A stretch of 64,000 nucleotides of DNA from Eledone cirrhosa. Lineage: Eukaryota. Every line of letters begins with the position of its first letter. Position 1 is the stretch's first letter. The stretch spans positions 22,816,001 to 22,880,000 of the forward strand of contig OZ024755.1 in the NCBI GenBank assembly GCA_964016885.1, written 5' to 3'. This document shows positions 27,708-38,880 of the stretch, piece by piece. The position numbers and the translations under genes are program-made. The notes below the pieces were generated by a model. That model had not been told where the DNA came from and did no database searches. It saw nothing but the letters and a program-made list of their open reading frames with translations.

Positions 27708-27759
27708 GGCTTCTACAGGACTAGAACTGTTTCATTCGAAGGAAATCATCAGGAAAGCC
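27708..27759 (-). ncRNA. Type I hammerhead motif inside the 27691-27822 foldback
   Basis: ggctttc CTGATGA t-ttc-cttc-gaa-t GAA acag-ttctagtc-ctgt A gaagcc. Confidence 0.65.
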
Positions 27760-27815
27760 CTGATTATTTTTCTTCTAATGAAACAGTTCTAGCCCTGTAG
27801 AAGCCATTTCTATAT

Positions 27816-27862
<47 letters not shown>

Positions 27863-27980
27863 CACAAATATCAAAGTTATGTTTAAAACATTTAATTGCT
27901 GACTTAAGCTTGGAGTCCTCGGAGCATTATTAATGTTTGTACATATAATTAACCTCCTATTCAACTGAACAAACATTAAT

Positions 27981-28031
27981 AATGCTCTGAGGACTTAAGC
28001 TTACGTTTGGAAGAAACAATTGTCAGCGATT
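27981..28031 (+). ncRNA. Minimal hammerhead motif inside the 27860-28065 inverted repeat
   Basis: aatgct CTGAGGA cttaagc-ttac-gtttggaa GAA ACAATTGT C agcgatt: palindromic stem III, GUC site. Confidence 0.7.
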
Positions 28032-28529
28032 AAATGTTTTAAACATAACTTTGATATTTCTGTAATCTATATTACTGCTCTGTAAAACAACTGATGTTCT
28101 TACATTGAGCTATTTCTCTTACTGGTAATAAGGTAGTAATAAATTACTCACCTTCCCTGTTTATAGTTGTTTATAGTTTAGTATATACATAACTATAAAT
28201 AGTATCTTTAATATTATATATATATATATACATATATCCTCCTTTGACAAGCAACATGTAGCATCCCCAATCCATCCCCACCCCCTCCCAGTCCAACCTG
28301 TAAGGTAGTAGAGCTGGTGCTGCGATAAAAGGCACCCAGTCTACACTGTAAGATGATAGTGCTGTTACTATGACATAAAGCACCCAGTCTATGAACCTTT
28401 CAGTCAACCCTTGTAATAAATGTATAATTGAGACTAAACTTCCAAGGATTCAGTTAGAAATCTTTCATAGCCTTACAAAGTTTGTAATTAATGAATTCTT
28501 GTAATTTCCAATAGATTTATGTCACTTAC

Positions 28530-28619
28530 AGTTTCATAATACTCCCGAAGGCATGTTTTGACATGTGGACTTGTATCACCATAGTCAATTTTACCCTGTG
28601 TAGATCCACAGCATTCAAA
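28530..28619 (-). CDS. Tetraspanin exon: EC2 CCG motif
   Basis: ttgcag|FECCGSTQGKIDYGDTSPHVKTCLREYYET|gtaagt. Confidence 0.93.
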
Positions 28620-28817
28620 CTGCAAAAGAAAAGAATAGAGATTGATTAAATACATGAAAGATTAGTAGATATCTTATTTTGATACTTTTTGTTTTTTAGG
28701 AATCTGTGACCGATAAGTTTTTTTAATTTTATTGAATGCATTAGTAGAGATCTGGGTCGTTTTCTTTCTTTTTCTTTCACAGTCAACAAATAACAATATT
28801 TCAAGTGGTTCTTACAA

Positions 28818-29022
28818 TAATATATAAAATAATCATTGAGGCTGAGGTATTCCGTACTTCTCTGTACTGTTATTTATATATTCGTGTACAGATATTTTTG
28901 CATACACAATAACAAAATACAAACAAACGTTTTTACTTCACAAGGCTCGAGAAGGATAAATATATATCAAATATATAAGAACCCTAGAGCAAATCCCGAG
29001 CAACGCCAGGCCATTCTGCTAG
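28818..29022 (+). mobile_element. Small non-autonomous Helitron-like element
   Basis: Degenerate subterminal hairpin CCCGAGCAACGCCAGG then CTAG|T at 29019-29023; the 5' sequence restarts right after the 3' end. Confidence 0.6.
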
Positions 29023-29086
29023 TAATATATAAAATAATCATTCTGTTGTTAGCAGATACAAAATCTATGTAGCTACAATAACTTGA

Positions 29087-29130
<44 letters not shown>

Positions 29131-29148
29131 TGTCATTACTACCACAGA

Positions 29149-29243
29149 GGTCTGACGAGCCATTGATTACAGAGTCGGGCTAGATCGATACAGATCGAAC
29201 CTTGAGCTGATCAATAGCGAAACACACGTAACCAACCAATAAA
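29149..29243 (+). ncRNA. Hammerhead motif with extended stem II followed by AATAAA
   Basis: ggt CTGACGA gc-c-attgat..atcaat-a-gc GAA AC-acac-GT A acc ..aataaa. Confidence 0.7.
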
Positions 29244-29589
29244 CGTGATGAAGGAGTAACCATTCGTCCTTGTTTTATTATATACATATATGTGTGTGTG
29301 TGTGTATATATCATCATCATCATCATCATCGTTTTACGTTCGTTCTTCCACGCTAGCATGGGTTAGACGGGTTGTCCTGTTGTGGGCAGTGTCTGGTCGG
29401 CTGACCATGCCTTGCTCATACAGGAACTGATCTGGCTTGATTTCTACAGCTGGATGCCCTTCCTAACACCAACCTCATTTACAGTGAGTGCTGGGTGCTT
29501 TTTCGTGGCGCCTACACGTCCACTTTACAGTGTGGGCTGGGTGCTTTTTTGCCGTGGCACCTTGCGGTGGGGGGGGGGGGGGCATATTG

Positions 29590-29660
<71 letters not shown>

Positions 29661-29787
29661 CACTGCACTATCTTAGATTTAGAACTACACAAGCTGGGAT
29701 TAATTGCATGTTAAAATTATAACAGAAATGATATAAAAAGGAAGAAATATTCCCCTGACAATAATTGGGATATGATTCTGTACTTAC

Positions 29788-29883
29788 GTCCTTTTGTACA
29801 CTGTCCATAAGCATCTGTGATGCCTTATTTGAGCTGTATTTGTCAACGGCATTATCCAACATATCCTCAACAAGGTCACTCAT
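29788..29883 (-). CDS. Tetraspanin exon: EC2 helices A/B
   Basis: ttttag|MSDLVEDMLDNAVDKYSSNKASQMLMDSVQKD|gtaagt, phase 0. Confidence 0.9.
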
Positions 29884-32800
29884 CTAAAAAAGACAGATGC
29901 ACAAAAATAAAATAACAATAAAATACAAAATTAATATTGAAAAAAGGGGTCAAAGTCATAAATTAATTAACTGATATATTAATTAAAATGAAAGACAATA
30001 GACATATTAAATAACATGAAAGGGTATAGATATATTAATTAGATGGAAAGGTAATAATCAGAAATGTAATGTACAGCATTGTAGAGTAAACAATCATGAT
30101 CTAAGTCTACAAGAAAATGATTACAGTAAATGAATGATGGTAATAGTGGGTGCATTTTTCGTAGCATCAGCACTATAGGTTGCTATGCAATGATTGAAAG
30201 GTGTTTTTCAACCCTTTCTATGGCTGAAAGTCTTTCCTAACACTAACCACTTTACAGAGTGTACTGAGTGTGTTTTACCATGGCACCAGCAATGGGGAGG
30301 TTGACAGTCTTTGACTTGACTAAAGAGCCTTCTTTACCCTATAGCAGGAGGGGATAAAGGTTGACAAGTATATGAGATATGTAGAAGGATTTGACAGGGC
30401 ATTGTGAGATGTCAGTACTGGTAAAGTACGATTTGAGGTATATTTTCTCTTTTGCTATAAGGAAATGTGTTTGAAATCTTGTCTGCTCCAGCTTAACTTT
30501 GTTTGGTTTATATTTAGTCTATAATCCATGGAAGATTCTAGATGAACATGTTTATGATAATAACTTAAAAAGCAAGCTATAATTCTGCACTTTTCCTGTA
30601 TGCAATCACTAAAGAATTTATAAGTCTTTCTCAATAAATTTACAAAGAAATATTATATTAACATTTTCTGTGGTCTGTTCCTTTCCTCATATTCTATTAT
30701 ACACATGCACACACACGCATGCACGCACACATATTCTTTATTGTGGCTCAGTGGGGAGTTTTGTTACTCTGAAGTTTCACCTGTCCACTCACAGGATAAT
30801 GTCCCAAATACACACATACATATATATATACATACATATACACATATATATGTATATATATATATATATATCTTCACCATTTTATATCTATTTTCCATGC
30901 TTGAATGGATTAGACAATCTAGATCATCATCATGTCTGTTTTCCCTGCAAGTCATGCCCTCAGCATGAACACAGTCTAATGATGGAAACCAGTAAAAGAA
31001 TGAAAGAATATAAATTGAAAATGCTTACAGAATAAGGCCAAAGCAGACAATATAAATCCACATAACAACAAGTATAAATAATGTAAAAATGCATTGTATT
31101 GTTTGCTGTGTGCATTTTTTTTTTTTAGTTTTTTTCTTTCATGTCCATACTTTCTTTAGAAAATAGGAAAAACAGTTGCATTATGATCAAGCAGAAGAAA
31201 CGAATAAACCAACAAACAACTGGCTGTATGTGATTTAAAAACTGGGTTCTATTGAGGTCTTTCACTAGACAGGGTTGTGTAGACAGGGTTTCACAGTTTC
31301 AATCAGCCTCCTTTTAACTCAAAAGGCTTTGCTCAATGGCAAGGCTATAGTAGAAGACATACCTCCCCAAGATGCAGTGCAATGGTATAAAACACAAAGC
31401 TACATGACCATGCCTGCTCACAAAATAAACTTCTTAACCAGATGGCCATGCCTGCTTGCGAAGTATACTTATTGACCACATGGTCATCCCTGCCAACAAT
31501 GTTTCAAATCCCACCAAGAGTTACTTCTCTGTCTTAATATGAGACCTATGCATGATAGGCAGAATGAAATGAGTTATAGTAAAATATAATATTTCGGTCC
31601 TTGACCTAAAATACAACAAAATCTTTAAGATACAATGGTTTCTAATTTAGGCACAAAACCAGCAGTTTTGGAGGAGGTGGAAAGTCAATTATATCAATCC
31701 CAGTTCTTTTCTGGTACTATATTTTATCAACCCTGGAAGGATGAAATGCAAAGTTGACTTCAGTGGAATTTGAACTCAGATTATAAACAGAACAAATATC
31801 TTAAGGTACTTTGTCTGATGCTCTACCAATAATTGTTTCTACTTTAGGCACAAGGCCGGCAATTACCCAGTGCATTACTGGTACTTTATTTTATCGACCC
31901 TGTAAGGATGAAAGGCAAAGTCAACCTCGGCGGGATTTGAACTCAGATCGTAAAGGGACGTAACTATGCTGGAAAGCATACCAATAATGCGAGTCTACTC
32001 TTCATGTCAAGAGACAACAATAAGAACTAAGTAATAAGTTTGGATTTAAATCAACAAGATCCCAGACTTCATTCGTTTACCAAGTGGGGTGAAACTCATC
32101 AGATTGGCCCAAGGAATCAATGTTTCTATTGCTCTTTCCAATTGCTGATACTATCTAACTGTCACAACTCCTGACAGTAATAAAGATTTCTGATTTAGGC
32201 ACAAGGTCAACGACTTTGGGGGAGAGGAAAGTTGATTAAATCAACCCCAGGGTATTACTGGTACTTTTTTCATTGACCCCTTAAGGATGAAAAACAAAGC
32301 TAACCTTGGCAGGATTTGAACTCAGAACATAACTATGCTGCAAAGCATGTTGTCTGACACTACTAATACTGCTAATCAACCACCCTAAGTAATAATTGTT
32401 TCTACTTTTGGCACAAGGCCAGCAATTACCCCAGTGCATTACTGGTGCTTTATTTTATTGACCCCGTAAGGATGAAAGGCAAAGTTAACCTCAGCAGGAT
32501 TTGAACTCAGCCCGCAAAGGGACGTAACTCTATGCTGCAAAGCATGGCGTCCGACCCTCTACTGAAACTGCCAATCCACCGCGATAGGATCATAAAACAG
32601 TGCTAAAATAAGGAGATATCATATTAGCAGCAATATGAATTCAAAAAAGGAAGTAAAAAGATACTGAATGAACTATGTAGGTCTTTCAACCGAAGAATGT
32701 ACTTCCAGAGAAATATTTTACTGATAAGATGTCTGGTTAGATATTTGGAAATAAGTCTACTAATTGATATTTCTTTCCTTTTTCCAACTACAAATCCATT

Positions 32801-33745
32801 AAAAACAAACAAGAAAGGAAAATAGGGCAGTAGTGACTATAATATAGCAACTGTGTTTAAATGGAACACAATACAGATAAAGTAGTCATGGAAACCTGAA
32901 CATTGTTTCATTCCATTTGCTGTTTATTTGGTTTTTGTTTCTTTTAATCTAAAGAGGTTTTTTTTTCTTTAAAAACAAATGTAAAAAAGAAACATGCATT
33001 TCAAGAAATATTTTGAAAGATTCCAAAAAGAAGACTTGAACCAACGTAAACACAAACTATAAATACAAAAAAAAAAAAAAGATACAAAACAAATAAAAAT
33101 AATAAAATAACAACAACAACAATAATATGATAGGAATGAAATGAAAGATGAAAATAAGTCTGTCAAGACAAACAAAAAAATACAAGCATTTGACAAATCT
33201 CAGATAAATATAGACATAGATTAAAAAAATATATGACAAAACCACAAATATTTGTTGTTTTTTTGGGGGGAGGGGAGGTTTATTTTAGATAAAAAAAACA
33301 TGTTTACCAAATCCAATTCATCCTAAACCATGGAAGCAGTAATGTAAATAAAAGATTAGCTGTTAAGATTAACAACCTTTGTTGAACAACATGAAGTTAC
33401 TTGTATTAGCACATCCTTTGTTGAGGATTAGTGATCAGAGAGAGGAGGAAGAGGGAGATATGTGTGTGTGTGTATATAGACACACACACACATATATATA
33501 TACACATATATTATATATATATATATATGGGATAACAAGTTATCGTTTTAGGTAATCCAGTTAGAGGTTGTGAGTACTCTGTGTCGTGGATAGTTTAAAC
33601 GTACGGCTTTGTTTGACTCAACAAGATGTTTCCATAGTTAGGCAGCGAGTTCGCGGGAATTCCTATGCAGGTTATACTTGGAGTAATGATAGTGAAAGTT
33701 TGAAGAGTAACATGGTCGGCTGTACAACAAGGGGCTTTATTTCAA

Positions 33746-33856
33746 GTATTAACAATTGTTTCATTGATCAGGTGAGTCTAGAGACCGCTAATCGCTCAAA
33801 GTTGCATCACTCGATCTCCAATACAGTGTTTACCTCTGATCAAATCCTCAGAATAC
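33746..33856 (-). ncRNA. Hammerhead motif with long stem II, left arm of inverted pLTR-like pair
   Basis: Reverse-complement copy of 34064-34174 with the core intact. Confidence 0.7.
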
Positions 33857-34063
33857 GAAAGAATTCACACATGGCATGGTATATATAGAGAAATAGCGTA
33901 GAATCAAAACAATAACAGCAATAATAAAATACTTTTTACATCTGTAACTTCTTTTTACATTTGTAACTTCTTTACCTATTTATCATTATATTTTATTATT
34001 GCTGTTATTGTTTTGATTCTACGCTATTTCTCTATATATACCATGCCATGTGTGAATTCTTTC

Positions 34064-34174
34064 GTATTCTGAGGATTTGATCAGAGGTAAACACTGTATT
34101 GGAGATCGAGTGACGCAACTTTGAGCGATGAGAGGCCTCTAGACTCACCTGATCAATGAAACAATTGTTAATAC
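34064..34174 (+). ncRNA. Hammerhead motif with long stem II, right arm
   Basis: gtatt CTGAGGA t-ttgatcag..(~64 nt)..ctgatcaa-t GAA ACAATTGT T aatac, AATAAA at 34179. Confidence 0.72.
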
Positions 34175-34396
34175 TTGAAATAAAGCCCCTTGTTGTACAG
34201 CCAACCATGTTACTCTTCAATCTTTCACTATATATATATATATGTTTGTGTGTGTATATATAAGCAATGGGTTATTTAATTTGTTGATTATTCAACAAAT
34301 TTAGTTTATAACAGATTAGAAGCACTCTACAATATTCTTCTGGAGTATAATATCAATAATATTAATAAATGGAAACTATCTTTATAAAACCATATT

Positions 34397-34460
34397 TATT
34401 TTATTATATATATTTCAAGGGTACCAACATTTTTTTGGTACGCTCTCATCAGATAAAATA
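34397..34460 (-). ncRNA. Intact minimal hammerhead motif
   Basis: tattttat CTGATGA gagcgtaccaa-aaaaatg-ttggtaccctt GAA ATATATAT A ataaaata: 8-bp stem I, palindromic stem III, AUA site. Confidence 0.75.
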
Positions 34461-34614
34461 CAAAAGTTGTTTTACAGATAGTGACATATTCAAAATTAGA
34501 ACATAGCGTTCTGTTTGAATATTCAAACAGAACTCAAAACGCTAAGTTCTAGTTTTGAATATGTCACTATCTGTAAAGTAACTTTTGTATTTTATCTGAT
34601 GAGAGTGTACCAAA

Positions 34615-34618
<4 letters not shown>
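34430..34618. repeat. Inverted repeat with ~90-bp arms and a palindromic centre
   Basis: 34430-34520 mirrors about 34548-34618; centre GTTCTGTTTGAATATTCAAACAGAAC. Confidence 0.85.
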
Positions 34619-34706
<88 letters not shown>

Positions 34707-36273
34707 TACTTTCAAAAGAGAGAACGATAAATAAAACAATAAGTGTTAATAAAATTATATTACCAAAATCAAGAGACATTATTTTTGTCACAGTAAAAAG
34801 ATTATATTTATTTAAGTCAGTTGTCTTTGATTATCATGGGTGAGTAGCACTATGGTGGCTGGATCATTAAACCATTTATATAAATTATTAGGCTTATAGT
34901 TAAAAATACAGTGCTGGTTATCTGAAAGATGGGTGCCAAATGTTTGGGCAGGGGCACAATTTCACTGCTTGCCATAGGTGTTATTTTCCCAAGTAAAAGA
35001 GTTGGCAGCAGGAAGTACATCTGACTGTAAAACACTGCCTCCAAAAGTCCTGTCCACCATGAAAAAGCAGATGTAAAAATCATCCAAACAACAAAGGTTT
35101 TGAGAATCTGAGACTGTTGCCTCGAAGACTAGACAACATTTATAAGTATATATATATATATAAAAACAAAGAAAACTAAAAATAATTTTTGCACAATTCT
35201 CAGAAAATATTTCTTACAAAATCATGACAAGAATGCTTCTGCTTTAACTACAGTTAAGATATTTTTAGAAGGGAACTATCAAAGATTTTTCCAAAATTTA
35301 AAGAGAGAGAGAGAGAGAGGTTGTAGATTGATAGATAAAATTTGCTATGGATTTCTATTGAGTTTGACTTCAGTACATGACTGGTAGTTATTTCATTGGT
35401 CATCCTGTTAGGATGAACAATAAAAGATGACCATGTCAGGATAGGAACTTTGAATATAGAAAAACATATTTTAACACTAGAATGTATTCCCCCACCACCA
35501 CCACCAATCCCATATTCCACAAATTCTACCATCTACCAACCCTATTGAGTTTACTAATGATTTCTTTACTTTGGTGAAGGCGCATGACTGAGTGGTTAGG
35601 GAATTGGATTCACAATTGTGAGGTTGTGAATTTGATTCCTGGACCAGGTTATGTCTTATGCCTTGACGCTTTATTTCATTTTGTTCCTTCTCCCAGGAGT
35701 TGTGACTGGTAGATATTATCAGCAATGGAAATACCAATGGAAACATTATTTCCTTGGTCTGATTTGGCAAGTACCACATCACTTGGTAAGTGAATGAGGT
35801 CTGAGATCTTGTTGAGTGTTTCCTTTCTTAATGATTTCTAGCATATGCACAACTCCTGACATTTTGAGGATTAGTAACATTGGCTCTATTAACCTCCTCA
35901 CCTCTACTACTGTTACCCCCATCACATCCACTACCATCACCACCGATCAACCTCTCCACCTCCACTACTTAACTTGTACTTATTTTATTGTCTCTGTGGG
36001 TTGAAAATTAAAGTTAACCAATGAAGAATTTGAAATTAGAATGAACAGAACATAGCTAAATACTGCAATGCAGTTTGTCTGTTGCTCCACCGATTTTGCT
36101 GTTCACTGCACATGTTGAGGTTAATAATAGTTTCTAGATTAATTTGAATTAACAAACATGTTTTTAGAATATGTTCTACAAAATCATTACAGGATGTTAA
36201 GAGTTGCATGGAAATAGTAAAAATTAAAAAGAGAAAGAGAGAGGTGGGGGAAAAAGAAGAGAGATAAACTTAC

Positions 36274-36348
36274 GTTTGACTTTGATATGATGGCAAAGAT
36301 TCCAGCACCAAGGAGAATGGCAAAAATGATGAAGAGGCATATGAAGAA
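36274..36348 (-). CDS. Tetraspanin exon: TM3
   Basis: tttcag|FFICLFIIFAILLGAGIFAIISKSN|gtaagt, phase 0. Confidence 0.92.
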
Positions 36349-36628
36349 CTGAAAATAGAAAAATGTAGAAACTGAGAGCGTTCCTTCATGTTCGGAGAAG
36401 ACTTTCATACAGTGAATGTACATTAACTGGTGGTTTCTGATTTATAATGTTAATTTATTAAAGGTATTTTCTTTTATCGGAAGACACCAGGGTTTATTTT
36501 AAAGAAATTTTAGAATAGCACAAATTTATTATGGAACGAACACTAGGGATGCTGTCACCTGTTGATGCTTTATTTGGCAGAAACAAATCAGTAATGTTAA
36601 TAATCAAGAAATAAATCTTTTGACTTAC

Positions 36629-36823
36629 CGAGGCAAGAAGACACTGACTCTTACGGATAGCGCCACAGCAACCAACAAATCCTATTATCATCATCAGTAC
36701 TCCAACACCTATCAGAATATAGGCACCCAAATATGGAAGGTTGAAATTATCATCTATGTACATCTGAAAGGTCGGATCTATACGGATCCATATTCCAACT
36801 CCAAGAATGGCACATCCCAACAA
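36629..36823 (-). CDS. Tetraspanin (CD9/CD81-like) exon: TM1 end, EC1, TM2
   Basis: ttccag|LLGCAILGVGIWIRIDPTFQMYIDDNFNLPYLGAYILIGVGVLMMIIGFVGCCGAIRKSQCLLAS|gtaagt; tetraspanin GF.GCCGA.R.SQC.L signature. Confidence 0.95.
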
Positions 36824-38339
36824 CTGGAAAGAAAAGAAAAGAAAAACAGTTGTAGTAGATGATCAAATACATATTCCTCTTGATAGATATTCCATTGGTT
36901 TTAATCATGAGTATTCTAATTATTTGTTCAACTGAACTACCTATTCCCTGCATTATAGTGTGAGTGGCAGAATATTCCACAAAGAAAATTACCCTTAACA
37001 AAACCACCTGAAATGGCCCATGGTTCTATTTTAAGTCTAAAGTCAGTCTCAAGCTCAGAGGCTCATCAGGCTAGTACTTATCCTGGTTTCTGTGACATGA
37101 AGTGACTGAGAATACAAGACTCCTTCATCTGGACAGGACACCAGGTCATTGCATGGTTAACCTTTCTACCTATAGCTGGTATTCATTTTCAACTGAGTAT
37201 ACTGGAACAACATGAAATGAAGTGTTTTGCTCAATAACACAACACACAACCCAGTCCAGGAATTGAACCCACAACATTATGATCATAAGTCCAACACACT
37301 TACTAGTAGGCCATGCATTTCCACCTACATTATACATAGCTGTTTATTCTAAAGTATTTACATTTATCTATAAACTTTCCACCATCATTTTATTTAAGAA
37401 TATCTTTTAAATTATGCTTTAACTGTATCTGGTCAGAATTCTCTCACCTTTTTCTGTTCAAACCTGCCGTAACTGGCCACTTATACTGATGTTAAGATAT
37501 TGTTCTTAAAACAAATAATATCAAAATCTCAGATTTGATATTTTGTGAGATAACTATGTAAACTGAAGCCTTTACCACAAAAATACAATAGTATATATAG
37601 AGTAATGTAAATGCTAAAGGGTTAAAACTGGGGTCTCAAACAAGCAGCCCACAACTACTTTTCATGACCCACGACAGAACAATTTTCATACTCATTGGTT
37701 TTGATTTCCCTGTTTTAATAATATTTATATTACAATTTATTGTACTATTTACTCAATCATGATATGTCTGGGACTAAACAACAATGATAACAATAATTGT
37801 CTAAAAATATGGAAAAAGAACATTTTAGCAATTAAAGTTACACTTTGATGTAACGTAATTCTCAGGTAGATTCTGCATGACAGTGTGTGTGACAAGGCTG
37901 GTCCATTGAATTACAAGTACAGTCCATTTGGCAGGTTTCCAAACAATTTCCATCTATCCCAATTTCACTCACAAAGCTATATGGTAAATGACACTTGCCG
38001 AAGATGTGACACAGAGGGATTGAACCTTAACCCCTCAGCCATCCTGTGTCCCTTTGTTTGCTACATTTAATGTATTGTCCTTCATTTTGCTACGAGCTTT
38101 TAACAAATACTGCCCCCATACCAGTCATTTTTTATATTGCTATGTTGTCATTAAATCTTAGTAGTTATTTATACAATGTTAATCGATGTAGCATTTGTTT
38201 TCCGTAATACAATTATAAATCATATTATAAAATATTATTATGATAAGTGGGTTTACTCTTCTTGGAAACAGTTTAACATTACTATACTGTATTATATCAA
38301 TCACTCATTGGATAATCACAACCACCATTTCTAACACCA

Positions 38340-38880
38340 TCACTCCCACCACTACCATCACCAACACTGCTGCCATAAATTCCACCACCAACACTACCAT
38401 CAACAACACTACTGCCATCAATTCTACCACCAACACTACCACCACCAACACTACCATCAACAACACTACTGCCATCAACAACACTACTGCCATCAATTCC
38501 ACCACCAACACTACCATCAACAACACTACTGCCATCAATTCTACCACCAACACTACCACCACCAACACTACCACCACCAACACTACCACCACCAACACTA
38601 CCACCACCAACACTACCATCAACAACACTACTACCACCAACACTACCATCAACAACACTACTGCCATCAATTCCACCACCAACACTACCATCAACAACAC
38701 TACTGCCATCAATTCTACCACCAACACTACCACCACCAACACTACCACCACCAACACTACCATCAACAACACTACTACCACCAACACTACCACCAACAAC
38801 ACTACCATCAACAACACTACTGCCATCAATTCCACCACCAACACTACCACCACCAACACTACCATCAACAACACTATCTC
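38340..38880. repeat. ACC/ACT/AAC-rich minisatellite
   Basis: Shuffled 15-18 bp units such as ACCACCAACACTACC and ATCAACAACACTACTGCC. Confidence 0.9.

Larger units (their letters stand above)
33689..34231. repeat. Inverted repeat with ~243-bp arms (Penelope-like inverted pLTR arrangement)
   Basis: 33689-33931 mirrors 33989-34231; each arm holds a hammerhead and AATAAA; (AT)n nearby on both sides. Confidence 0.85.

Noticed and set aside
37055-37075. CTGATGAGCC plus hairpin at the SINE-B tail (minus strand) as a hammerhead
   Set aside because: No GAAA, stem III or stem I follows; it is the ordinary SINE 3' tail stem-loop
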